Source: an uncultured delta proteobacterium (lineage in GTDB: Bacteria > Desulfobacterota > Desulfobacteria > Desulfobacterales > B30-G6). Taken from it: 64,000 nt of DNA. Position numbers and translations under genes: made by a program. Numbering within the stretch: position 1 is the stretch's first letter; every line of letters begins with the position of its first letter. This document shows positions 28,662 to 38,240 of the stretch, one piece after another. Under the pieces are notes generated by a model. It was not told where the DNA came from. It did no database searches and was given only the letters and a program-made list of their open reading frames with translations. The stretch is taken from NCBI GenBank assembly GCA_963823335.1, contig CAWGLD010000001.1:1-64000 (forward strand). Direction: 5' to 3'.

Positions 28662-28808
28662 GTTTATATCCTATTAGTAGATACCCGGGTCCAAAGGGCC
28701 CGGCACTAGGTTACCCCTATCAGGGGCTTTATCACCAAGTATTTGAACCAAAGAAATCAGAAGTCAGAATTTCGTAAAGGGCTAGATTGTCTTAATGCTG
28801 GACAACGA

Positions 28809-29017
28809 ATGAACATCGAACATCGAACGCCCAACATCGAATTTTGAACCGAAAAAGCGAGCGCATTCCCCGTAGGTTCTGCCGTACGGCAAAACATTCC
28901 TCGTAGCTTGCTGCGAGGTTCTTCAATTTGAAAGGATGAAGAAACAGAAATAATTCGGTATTGGGTTTTTGTTTTCATTCGACATTGGACGTTCGATGTT
29001 GGACGTTGGACGTTCAT
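28809..29017. repeat. Inverted heptamer arrays (AACATCG)n ... (GGACGTT/CGATGTT)n with a nested REP-like insert
   Basis: Read directly from the sequence. Confidence 0.7.
28844..28926. repeat. 83-bp TTGAA...TTCAA REP/MITE-like element; near-identical copy at 42580-42662, shorter inverted copy at 29556-29607
   Basis: One mismatch between the two long copies; core cctcgtagcttgctgcgagg hairpin. Confidence 0.8.
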
Positions 29018-29036
29018 CTTTATAAAATCATTTGGA

Positions 29037-29504
29037 TCAACTCTTTTTAGGATGATCGTGTATCAGTGTTCTCAAAATGTCTTCCTTCCCCACAATACCT
29101 ACGAGCCTGCCTTCATCCAATACGGGAATCGTGTGTAACCCGCTATCCACCATCAGACCGGCCACCACCTCAATGCCCATGTCCGGTTCGACAAAAACCG
29201 GGTCCGTCGTCATTGCCTGGGCTACCGTGATGGCAGCTATCTTTTTAACCTGCTTTTCGATCTGTTTGGCAGATGATGTCGAGAACAATCCATCCATAAA
29301 CGTGAAAAATGAAGGGATGGGAAGTCTTTTCTGCTGAGCGATCAGATCACTCTGGCATAAAATCCCCACCAGTTTTTTTCTTTCATCAACAACAGGGATA
29401 CCATTGATACGCTTTTCTAAAAGAAGTTTTGCTGCCTGCAGGATTTCCGTCTCCGGGGAGACGGTAATGACTTTTGTTGTCATAATATCTTTTACTTTTA
29501 GCAT
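29037..29504 (-). CDS. CBS-domain protein
   Basis: VKDIMT, GIPVVD..LVGI, IPVLDEGRLVGIV. Confidence 0.85.
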   Translation of the reverse strand: MLKVKDIMTTKVITVSPETEILQAAKLLLEKRINGIPVVDERKKLVGILCQSDLIAQQKRLPIPSFFTFMDGLFSTSSAKQIEKQVKKIAAITVAQAMTTDPVFVEPDMGIEVVAGLMVDSGLHTIPVLDEGRLVGIVGKEDILRTLIHDHPKKS

Positions 29505-29807
29505 GGCGCCTCCTCGACACAGGTAGATAACCGGGTCCAGAGAGCCCGGCACTGATTGAAGACCCTCGCAGCAAGCTACGGGGAATGCGCTCGCTGTTTC
29601 GGTTCAACCCTATAAGGGTTAATGTTATACACATTCATCGTGGGATAAATTCTAAATCCGAATACCGAAATACGAAACAAAGATGAGAACAAGCCATATT
29701 TCCTATTTGGCCATTTGTGATCGAAAAGATCAATGAAAATGTTGCCGCTTTCGCATAGGCTGAACCAATTAGTTCCCGATACATAAATAAACCCGTGTGG
29801 AACCATT

Positions 29808-29910
29808 TATACCGCTTGTCATAATAATGTTCCGAAAATTGGATGGCGGCATAAGGGGTTGTAGCAGAAAAAATATCCTCAATCGGAACGTTTTTCTGAC
29901 AACCCCTATA
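29808..29910 (+). mobile_element. 103-bp MITE, copy A
   Basis: Imperfect TIR TATA-N4-TTGTCA.AA.AA.GTTCCGA at both ends; copies at 42673-42775 and 63258-63360. Confidence 0.8.
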
Positions 29911-29918
29911 CGAGAACT

Positions 29919-30612
29919 TTATATGGCATTTTTACCAAAAAATTCCCGTCGGTTTTCCCGCTGGTCGATCATGTATAGTAAGTCTGCCTTTTCCATGAGT
30001 TTTTTCTTTAGAGGTGCCAGTCGGTCGCGATCGATATGACGCATACGAATATAAACCTTTCGAAAACCTTCCGGAACCTTATCGTAGGAAGAGAGAATGC
30101 TGACCATCTGCCCTCCGAATTCTCTTATGATATCAGCGAGTTCCTTGATGGTTCCGGGCTTGTCTTTAATTTTAAAGGCAAACTGGATTCCCCCGGCATT
30201 TATGCCTGTCAGTGAAATGAGCACCCGGAACAGATCCGTTTGGGTAATCACACCCACAACCGCCCCCTTCTCGTTAACCACCGGAGCGCCTGAAATTTTG
30301 TTGTCTCAGAAGCAGCTCAGCCGTTTCTTCAACCGTCCAGTCCAGAGGCACTGCAATGGGATTTTTGGTCATGATGTCTTTGATTTTGATTTTCATCAAA
30401 AGGTATAGTAGCTCATGAACGTCCAAACTGGTAGCATCCGACGCAGATGCTCTTTTCAGATCACGGTCTGTGATAACTCCCACCAGTTTGTCCTTTTTCA
30501 CAACCGGCAGCATCCGAATACGATGCTCTTTCATCAGCGACGTTGCAATCTGCATGGACGTATCGACATCTATCTTAACGACGTTTTTGCTCATCCAATT
30601 TTTAACCAGCAT
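29919..30612 (-). CDS. CBS + ACT domain protein (AcuB-like), frameshift near 30305
   Basis: MLVKNWMS, DRDLKRASASDAT, ISGAPVV, DKPGTIK. Confidence 0.8.
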
Positions 30613-30704
30613 AACGACCTCCTTTAATAAAATCGTAGAAACGATTTTATTTGACGCGACGTTGTCGCTTTTAAGTGCAAAACGAATTTTATGACCCTTG
30701 CGGC

Positions 30705-31223
30705 CTATTTGTCCTGAAAGGTAATGTCCAATTCTTCCTTGGGAAGCGGAATGATAAATATCGGTTTTCTTGTCCGGCGCAGGACTCTTTTTGCAGTGCT
30801 GCCAAGAAAGGTATTCGCCAATATGCCCTTGCCATGGGTTCCCATAATGATCATGTCACAGTTCAGATCATCGGCAATATTCAAGATAGTCTCCGCTGGA
30901 TACCCTTCGACAACCTCAATAGAGCTGATGATATCTTCATAGGCGGCATGAGCTTTTGTTTCCTTGGCGTAAACTTTTTCAAGCCTTTTCGTGATCCTGT
31001 CCTTGATATCTTCCAGATGCTCATTGAAAAGCGATTGGCGTTGCTTCCCATCGATATAGATATCCAGCATGGGAGCGTATCCTATGGTAGGCCTGTCAAA
31101 CACATGCAGAATGATGATTTCGGCCTTATAGAGTCTGGCCGCGTTCAATGCAAGGCGCAGGACATAAGCCGAATTGGGTGACAAATCGGTGGCGTAGAGA
31201 ATTTTTTTGATTTCAGGTCTCAT
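30705..31223 (-). CDS. Universal stress protein
   Basis: KKILYATDLS, IIMGTHGKG..FLGSTA. Confidence 0.9.
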   Translation of the reverse strand: MRPEIKKILYATDLSPNSAYVLRLALNAARLYKAEIIILHVFDRPTIGYAPMLDIYIDGKQRQSLFNEHLEDIKDRITKRLEKVYAKETKAHAAYEDIISSIEVVEGYPAETILNIADDLNCDMIIMGTHGKGILANTFLGSTAKRVLRRTRKPIFIIPLPKEELDITFQDK

Positions 31224-31297
31224 GGTGGCCTCCTTGGGTTTGTGGTTAAATAGCAACCTTGACCTATCAACTTTAATTCCTGAAGACTTTTTTCTAC

Positions 31298-32206
31298 TCA
31301 GTACTTCTCCCGAATTATTTTTTCCATTTCAAAGAACAAATCCTGTTCTCGAATAACACCGGCGACTTTTCCGGAAACTTCCACCACCAGCCGGCGGGCA
31401 TTGTTCTGCACCATCATGTAGGCCGCTTCCATCAGGCTGGCGGCCCCTTCGATCCGCAACGGCGCAGGGGACATGACTTCCCTGATCTTGATTTTTGACT
31501 TTTGCGTGACTTCCTTTATGAACATTCCCTGCCAGAACATGGGGGAATACTGGATGCTGTCGGCCATGGAGGGTTTGGGGGCTGTCAGGTAGGACGGCAG
31601 TACCAGTTCCAGCAAGTCCCTGATGGCCAGAATACCCTCGACGGTGTCTTTGTCATCCATCACCAAAACGGAACGATGCCCGGTCTCCATCAGCCGGCTG
31701 GTGGAGACCTTCGAGGTAAAAGAAGCCTTCAGCTTCAAGATGGCATCCCGAACACTCTCGTCGGCGCTGACCGTGGTGTATTCCTGAAATGGAACCATGA
31801 CCCCCATCACTCTTTTTTCTTCAAAGCTTTCCGGGGCCTTTCCATACTGATAGGCATCTTCGATTTTGGATGCCAGGATGTTGATGTCACAGGGTTTGCT
31901 CAAATAATCGAAGGCCCCTTTTGCACGAGCCTCCTCGGCCGACGGGAGGGCGGCATTTCCGGTCAGCATGATCACCTGCAGATCCGGGGAACGTTTTTTA
32001 ATCTCTGCCAGGACCTGGTGCCCATCCATGCCGGGCATCTTGATGTCCAGAACGACCACATCCGGGTTTTCATCGAGTTTTTTAATTGCCTCCGAACCAC
32101 TTGCAGCCAGAATGGTTTCGAATCCTTTGCGACTCAGGATTCGTTCTGTGGTTGTCCGGAACTGGGCCTCGTCATCCACCATCAATATCTTTATTTTTCG
32201 ACTCAT
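31298..32206 (-). CDS. Response regulator with receiver + CBS pair
   Basis: ILMVDDE, LDIKMPGMDG, KP, followed by CBS motifs. Confidence 0.85.
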   Translation of the reverse strand: MSRKIKILMVDDEAQFRTTTERILSRKGFETILAASGSEAIKKLDENPDVVVLDIKMPGMDGHQVLAEIKKRSPDLQVIMLTGNAALPSAEEARAKGAFDYLSKPCDINILASKIEDAYQYGKAPESFEEKRVMGVMVPFQEYTTVSADESVRDAILKLKASFTSKVSTSRLMETGHRSVLVMDDKDTVEGILAIRDLLELVLPSYLTAPKPSMADSIQYSPMFWQGMFIKEVTQKSKIKIREVMSPAPLRIEGAASLMEAAYMMVQNNARRLVVEVSGKVAGVIREQDLFFEMEKIIREKY

Positions 32207-32249
32207 TTCATTTGCTTCCTTTTATTATGTTTATCCCTGCAACGCCCCT

Positions 32250-32786
32250 CTATCGGGCGAGAATCGGTATTAACGACCAGAAAAAGAGGATCCAGATTGC
32301 CAGAGAAATGGCCATGATCAACAGGGCCTCCTTCAGCTTCAACCCGCAGCCCTTTGTTATTCCGGTTCCAATCAGCCACCACTTCCAAGGCTCGGTAAAT
32401 ATCACAACATACGGCACCCACGAAACCAGCAAGGTGACACCGGCGCTGAGGGCATAGATACTGAACAATCTTGTAAACCGAACTTTCCTCCCGATGCTCA
32501 GTGCCATAACAACGTAGCCCAACCCTGCCAGAACAAACACCATCCCCACAGCGTTGAACATATGGATGCCGCCGGTGATGAAAAAGTTCTGAAGATCCGA
32601 GTTCATCAAACTTGCAAAGCTGAAAAAACCGGCCGATAAGAATAGAAAACCAAGGGCTTGCGTCATACCGCCGGACTGTGGCAGTTCGCTGAAGAACCGG
32701 CGTGGGTGTCCCATGATACTGAAAACGGTCTCAACATAAAAACCCAATGAAAACGTGTCCATCCGGTTTGCCTCGTCAGATGTCAT
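32250..32786 (-). CDS. YIP1-like membrane protein
   Basis: HPRRFF followed by several TM helices. Confidence 0.65.
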   Translation of the reverse strand: MTSDEANRMDTFSLGFYVETVFSIMGHPRRFFSELPQSGGMTQALGFLFLSAGFFSFASLMNSDLQNFFITGGIHMFNAVGMVFVLAGLGYVVMALSIGRKVRFTRLFSIYALSAGVTLLVSWVPYVVIFTEPWKWWLIGTGITKGCGLKLKEALLIMAISLAIWILFFWSLIPILAR

Positions 32787-32950
32787 TGCCAGACCCCCAA
32801 CTTGTAGCCCGCCCCTATCACCAGCATGATGACGGTCAGGACAAAAAAGAACTTGCGCTCCGTATCTTTGCTGAAGTATAGCCGGCCATCTTCAAGACGC
32901 AGTATTCTGTTTGCCTTTTGATCGATGCCATATCCGCTGTGTTGTTTCAT
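32783..32950 (-). CDS. 55-aa membrane protein (not in the ORF track)
   Basis: MKQHSGYGIDQKANRILRLEDGRLYFSKDTERKFFFVLTVIMLVIGAGYKLGVWQ*; RBS upstream; ATGA overlap with the next gene. Confidence 0.7.
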   Translation of the reverse strand: MKQHSGYGIDQKANRILRLEDGRLYFSKDTERKFFFVLTVIMLVIGAGYKLGVWQ

Positions 32951-32974
32951 ATTTCCTTCCCCTTTCAGAAGCGT

Positions 32975-34828
32975 CTAAAAGCCAGGTAAATCGCCGAATC
33001 CCAGGATTTGCCAGAAAACCAAGACCAGCAGCATCAGCAGCACTTGAGATAAAATCCAAATGGGTACTCCCACGCGCAGAAAGTCCTTGGGTTCGAGGTA
33101 GCCGCTGGCGTAAACAATGGCATTGGGTGGTGTGCCGATCACCATGCAGTAGGCAAAGGAAGACGAAATAGCCGTTACCATTGCCATGAACGGCAGATAC
33201 ATTGTGCCCGGATGCGCCAGACCGGCCATGTTCAGGGTGACGGGGCCCACGGCGGCGGCGGCAGGACCATCTGCCATCAAATTGGTAATGATGGCTGTCA
33301 GACCGCTCGAGGCTGCCAGCAACGGCAGGCCGGAGTCGATTCCGAGGGGAGCCACCAATTCGAGGGCACTCCTGGCTATCCAGTAGGCAGCACCCGAACT
33401 GTCCAAAACTCTTCCAAAAATCATGGCGCCGGCATAAAGCCAGATCACACCCCAATCCACTTTTTCCTGGTAATCACGCCAGTTGGTGATCCCGGCAAAC
33501 AGATAGGCGATTGCCCCGGCCATGGCAATCACGCCGATGCCCAGGCGCACCGGCAGCCAGCCCATATCAAAAAAGGTTTTTTCGGTAAACCAGCCGAACA
33601 GCATGACGACGAAGATAATGATGGCCGTAATCTGCTTGCGGTTCCAGCCGCCCATCTTGTCGATTTCGAATTTCAATTGGCCCATGGCCGGTGCCAGAGA
33701 AGTGATCTGCGGCTTGAATCGAAGGTTTATGGTAAACCAGGTGAGAGGAATCATGATGATGACAAAGGGAAAACAATAGACGATCCACTGGATATAACCG
33801 ATGTCCATGCCGAACATGTCGTTGAGATAGGTCATCATGATGACGTTACGGGCACCGCCGGAAGGAGCGCCCGGGCCACCGATGTTGCACGCCATGGCGA
33901 TGGTGATCATGATCATTTTGCCCAGTTCCGGATCTTCCGGGATTTCCCGTGTCAGACTGTTCTGGTAAAGCAGCATACCGATGGGCAGAAACATGGCCGC
34001 CAGGGCGTGATCGGAGATAAAGGCCGCCAGGGGGCTGATGATCACAAAAAAGATCAGCGTAATCCAGCGCACGTTCGGTACGGCCAGCTTGCGAAACATC
34101 ATCAGACAGATGCGCTTGTCCACGCCGGTCTTGACAAAGGCTGCGGCAAACATGAGGCTGCCCATGATAAACCAGACCGCATCGTCCCAGTAAAGCATGG
34201 TGACTTCTTTACGGCTGACTACGCCGGTAAACACCAGCAGCAACCCGATGCAAAACGCCACGCCGGGCAGCGGGATGCATTCCGTCAAAAAGCAGATCAC
34301 CACGAAAACGACCATGGCCATGGCCACCTTGATAGCCCAGGCCCCCTGGTCCGCCGACTTTCTGTCCTTGTCGGACAGTTCCTCGTATTTGAGGCCTTCC
34401 TTGCGCAGGGTCAGCGCTTTTTGGGCAACATCCAGATACGTCTCGTTGTCGAGTTTTGTGTCCACGAAAGTCATGGCTCTATCGAAATTTTCCTTGGCCG
34501 CGGGAATTTTGTTACCCCTGGCCCATGACAGATCGCGGTTCAAAAAACTCTTTCTGCCCAGAGCCCCCATCTGAACATTCTGTTCCATGATCTGGGCGCA
34601 GAGAAGTTCCCATTGTTCGGCATCTACACTTTTTTTATTGAAAAATGATTGGGTAATAAAATTAACTGCCGCCGTGGGGCCTACCTTGTATTCCATACCC
34701 ACGTCCTTCATCCCGTAAGGCGTGGGCATGAACAAGATCACAAACAGCAGAATTATTGGAAAAATAAAAATTTTCCAGTTCACGTACTTGTCGTATCCGG
34801 TCGCTTTTTTCTTAGTCTTTTCTGTCAT
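32975..34828 (-). CDS. SLC13/DASS anion (sulfate or dicarboxylate) symporter
   Basis: TECIPLP, ISDHA, PSGGARN, VDWGV, IGTPPNAIVY. Confidence 0.85.
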   Translation of the reverse strand: MTEKTKKKATGYDKYVNWKIFIFPIILLFVILFMPTPYGMKDVGMEYKVGPTAAVNFITQSFFNKKSVDAEQWELLCAQIMEQNVQMGALGRKSFLNRDLSWARGNKIPAAKENFDRAMTFVDTKLDNETYLDVAQKALTLRKEGLKYEELSDKDRKSADQGAWAIKVAMAMVVFVVICFLTECIPLPGVAFCIGLLLVFTGVVSRKEVTMLYWDDAVWFIMGSLMFAAAFVKTGVDKRICLMMFRKLAVPNVRWITLIFFVIISPLAAFISDHALAAMFLPIGMLLYQNSLTREIPEDPELGKMIMITIAMACNIGGPGAPSGGARNVIMMTYLNDMFGMDIGYIQWIVYCFPFVIIMIPLTWFTINLRFKPQITSLAPAMGQLKFEIDKMGGWNRKQITAIIIFVVMLFGWFTEKTFFDMGWLPVRLGIGVIAMAGAIAYLFAGITNWRDYQEKVDWGVIWLYAGAMIFGRVLDSSGAAYWIARSALELVAPLGIDSGLPLLAASSGLTAIITNLMADGPAAAAVGPVTLNMAGLAHPGTMYLPFMAMVTAISSSFAYCMVIGTPPNAIVYASGYLEPKDFLRVGVPIWILSQVLLMLLVLVFWQILGFGDLPGF

Positions 34829-34868
34829 GACACCATTTCCCTCACGGCTCACCGGTCAAGCGTTATTA

Positions 34869-35332
34869 TCATCGCTCGGGTTTTTCAGCCTGCTTCAAAA
34901 TTTCCCGGGGTGATTTCATGTAACTGCGCGATTGCGCCATCTGTATTTTTTCCTCCAATAGCTGTCTTTTCCGAAAAGCCTCCTTAACCTTTGCAATCAG
35001 GTCGTCGATATCCGTGGGTTTCATCAGATAATCCGTGGCGCCGCATTTCAAGCCGTCAATGGCTGATTCGACGGTGGCATGTCCGGTCAGCATAATGACC
35101 TCAACCAGGGGAAACCGTCTTTTAATCTCCTTTAATGTTTCATTCCCGTCCATACCGGGCATCTTGACATCGAGAACCACCACATGAATATGCTTTTGAT
35201 CTCAATAGTGTCAAGGGCTTCCGCCCCGCTGGTGGCGGTAACGACATCGATCCCTTTTTTGTTCAGCAGTTTTTGGGTGGTGGAAAGAAATCGTTCTTCA
35301 TCATCCACCAGCATGAGTTTCATTGCCTCCAT
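34869..35332 (-). CDS. Stand-alone receiver protein (frameshift near 35185)
   Basis: MKLMLVDDEERF + VVLDVKMPGMDG..LTGHA..KP. Confidence 0.8.
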
Positions 35333-35358
35333 AGCAGACTCCTTGTTGAAGTTGTTAA

Positions 35359-35677
35359 TTAAGGATCTTCTCCCAATTATTTGGGAGAAAGGGTCCAAGG
35401 GGTCCAGGATTCAAGGATTCAAGTGTTTGTTTTCAAGGGATTTGATCAGTGCTTTCAGCATTCTCTCTACATCCCCGATCTTCATTCTTAATTCCTGAAG
35501 CCTCTCTTTTCCCATATAACCCAAGTCACCAGATATCATCGTTTATCCAAACAAAGTTTATACGATTTTTCAAAAACGTTTAACTCTTTATAATTTTTAA
35601 GCATTCCACTCGAACCCTGGAATCCTCGAATCCTTGAACCCTTCATTTAGATCAACTCTTTTGGGTCTGATCCTTAA
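35359..35677 (-). mobile_element. Decayed four-helix-bundle gene cassette, copy 2 (both ends present)
   Basis: TTAAGGATC..GATCCTTAA termini, terminal hairpins, inverted 8-mer arrays; MLKNYKELNVFEKSYKLCLD plus ISGDLGY...RMLKALIKSLENKHLNP*. Confidence 0.75.
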
Positions 35678-35716
35678 AACCGCTCCAGTAGACCCCTCCT
35701 GTAAAATCTGGGAAAT

Positions 35717-37402
35717 TCACTTGACCGAGGGCAGCCGGATGGTAAACGTGGTGCTGTTGTTCTCCTGACTATCAACCGACATGCTGCCGCCCATTTTATC
35801 GATGATGCCGTAGCATACCGAAAGCCCCAGTCCCGTCCCTTTGCCTACCGGTTTGGTGGTGAAAAACGGCGCAAACACCTTCTTCAAGTTTTCAGGACTG
35901 ATACCGCTGCCGTTGTCGCGGATCTTAATTTCGACTTGCCCGTCTTCCGCATGACCGGATTCGATCTGAATGGCACCCCCTGAAGATCCATGTCTAACGA
36001 TGACGGCATCGATGGCGTTGTTCAAGAGATTCACCAGGACCTGTTGCAGATGGCGCAGGTCTCCATGAACCTCCGAATTTTGATCGGATGTTTTCTGCTC
36101 GATGGCAATCCCGTGCACACCGGCCTTGTTGGCCACCATACCGACGACTTCGGGGATGAAGGTGTGAAGATCAATATCTTTGACCACCGGCTCACCCTTG
36201 CGTCCGAATTGAAGAATGGCCTGGGTAATATCCGCACATCGATCCACCTGAAGTTTGATCTGTGCAATGGAATCTTCCATGTCCGACAGATCTTCCGACT
36301 CCTTTATGTCCCCTTTTTGCTTCAGATCCGAAAAAATCATCTCGATCAGGGCATACTCGCTTTTTATGATCTGAAGGGGGTTGTTGATTTCATGGGCAAA
36401 TCCGGAAGCCATTTCCCCGATTTCCGCCAGCCTACCGGCCCGGAAAAGTTGTTCGCCCAGTTCATCTTTCTCCTGATCCATACGTTCCATACGACGGACA
36501 ATACGGTCCGTCAGAATAAAGGCAATGGCAACGATGATCATACCGCCCAGAACACTGATGAAAAATATACGATATGCGGCCTGGTGCAATGACTTGAACG
36601 CATCCGCTTTTTCCTGTCGCACCACCAGCAGCCAGCTGTTATCTTTCAGCCATGTGGTGGCATATAGAAAGGTCTCGCCATGAACATCGGCGCCTAAAAA
36701 GGCTTTTATTTCCTCATGAACCGGTCCGTATTTGGGGCGATCCGGATCCTTTCCCATCAATGAACCGCCGGAACGTCTTTCCGTTTGAAATACACCTTCG
36801 GTGTCCAGGAGATACGCCTCACCGGTTTTACCGATGCGCACCTTTTTTACCAAGTCATTGAATATCTGGGTGTCGATGGTGGCGCGGATGACCCACTGAC
36901 GACCTTGATTCATCTGGGCAATGGCGATGACAAAATGGGGCACCTGGCGGTAGCCGAGAAAGACGTTGCTGATATAAAACCCGTTTTTCATAACTGCTTT
37001 GAACCAGGGAGCCTGATCGTACACCTTGCCCGACAATGGATACGGTCCGTGGTAGGCAATGTGCAGGCCGTTTTCATCTAAAATGCCCAGATCCACAAAG
37101 GCACTGGATTTTTTTTGCAGACTGTAAAATGTTTGTTCAAGCTTATCTTGATACTTCAGTTCTTCAAAGGACAAGGTATTGCTTACAAATTCCAGATCGG
37201 CTTTTCTCTCCACTAAAAATGATTCGATCATCTGCCGGTGGTCATGCACAATTCGCTGAATGCTGGCGATGGTGCTGTTTTCCAGTGAGTTTGTAAAATA
37301 ATAATGCCCGATGCCCAATACCATGGCATACGGAATCAGAGGTGCCAGAATCATGCTGGCAAGAATTACTTTTTTTAAACCCGCATACGGATTTTGCTTC
37401 AT
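35717..37402 (-). CDS. Sensor histidine kinase with Cache-like periplasmic domain
   Basis: 2 TM helices, AHEINNPL, NLLNNA, DNGSG, FFTTK, GTGLGL. Confidence 0.9.
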   Translation of the reverse strand: MKQNPYAGLKKVILASMILAPLIPYAMVLGIGHYYFTNSLENSTIASIQRIVHDHRQMIESFLVERKADLEFVSNTLSFEELKYQDKLEQTFYSLQKKSSAFVDLGILDENGLHIAYHGPYPLSGKVYDQAPWFKAVMKNGFYISNVFLGYRQVPHFVIAIAQMNQGRQWVIRATIDTQIFNDLVKKVRIGKTGEAYLLDTEGVFQTERRSGGSLMGKDPDRPKYGPVHEEIKAFLGADVHGETFLYATTWLKDNSWLLVVRQEKADAFKSLHQAAYRIFFISVLGGMIIVAIAFILTDRIVRRMERMDQEKDELGEQLFRAGRLAEIGEMASGFAHEINNPLQIIKSEYALIEMIFSDLKQKGDIKESEDLSDMEDSIAQIKLQVDRCADITQAILQFGRKGEPVVKDIDLHTFIPEVVGMVANKAGVHGIAIEQKTSDQNSEVHGDLRHLQQVLVNLLNNAIDAVIVRHGSSGGAIQIESGHAEDGQVEIKIRDNGSGISPENLKKVFAPFFTTKPVGKGTGLGLSVCYGIIDKMGGSMSVDSQENNSTTFTIRLPSVK

Positions 37403-37550
37403 GGGTTGGGCTGCTCTGGTTTATATTTACCAATAAATTCGTTTTACGAATGTATGAAACGCGACAGTTGAAATGCCTTATCTTACTTCTGCTGTTCGAT
37501 ATTTCCTATTCAGTATTCGATCTTTTCTTTAAAAACTGGCGGATAGAAGA

Positions 37551-37919
37551 TCACCCTAACAGAGTTTCATAAACCACCTGTTTCAGACGCTCGACGCTGA
37601 CGTCCCTTTTTTCCACAAAAATAACTTTCTTCACGGTATTTGAATCAAATGTGTGATCTAAAAAATGGGTGTGCACAATTATCGGCAGTGTTGGAATACG
37701 ATCCAGAACAGTATCCAATATATTTGAACCATCACTGTCGGGAAGATCCGGGTCCAGTATGATCAGATCGAGAGGATCATGATGGAATGTCATTTTAATC
37801 ACTTCACGGGCATTTTCCGCCAGAAGGACCTGGAAGCCCGCAGAAACCATCTCGCGCTGAAGAAACAGGCGCACATTTCGATTTCGATCGGCAATCAGTA
37901 TTGTAAAATCCGTTTTCAC
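37551..37919 (-). CDS. Atypical receiver-domain protein
   Basis: ILIADRN, ILDPDLP, VEK; GTG start. Confidence 0.7.
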   Translation of the reverse strand: MKTDFTILIADRNRNVRLFLQREMVSAGFQVLLAENAREVIKMTFHHDPLDLIILDPDLPDSDGSNILDTVLDRIPTLPIIVHTHFLDHTFDSNTVKKVIFVEKRDVSVERLKQVVYETLLG

Positions 37920-37961
37920 TGATTTGTTCCTTAAGGCAAATGGGTAAGCTATGATCCAAAA

Positions 37962-37977
37962 AGCAAGCTCTATGCCA
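37962..37977 (-). promoter_or_regulatory. Sigma-54 promoter
   Basis: TGGCAT-AGAGC-TTGCT. Confidence 0.8.
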
Positions 37978-38240
37978 TCTAATCAGATATCGAAAATATT
38001 TGTTAACTATCTGGAAATAAAGTGAATAATATTTCAGATCTGACAAATCATATCCGGTGGCAATAAAGGAGTGTCGATTTATTTTACAGGGTGTAAACAT
38101 AAAATCGTGACACGATTTTATTTGCAGACTGGAGATTGCTGTAGTAATTTGGAAAAGTTATTCCGATGGGCCATCGCCCTCAGGATAAGATCGCTATTGG
38201 CTCCAGTGAAACGGAAAACAAACGTCACTAGCAACGTATT

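Noticed and set aside
28757-29017. 86-aa ORF MNVQRPTSNVQ...
   Set aside because: Translation of heptamer repeats and a REP insert; not a credible protein.
33212-34528. 438-aa plus-strand ORF (likewise 51820-53085, 31502-32317, 15715-16410, 16690-17403, 43817-44455)
   Set aside because: Antisense shadows of well-supported genes, with no motifs of their own.
35359-35677. Diversity-generating retroelement (because of the Avd-like remnant)
   Set aside because: No reverse transcriptase and no TR/VR pair with adenine-specific differences in the window.
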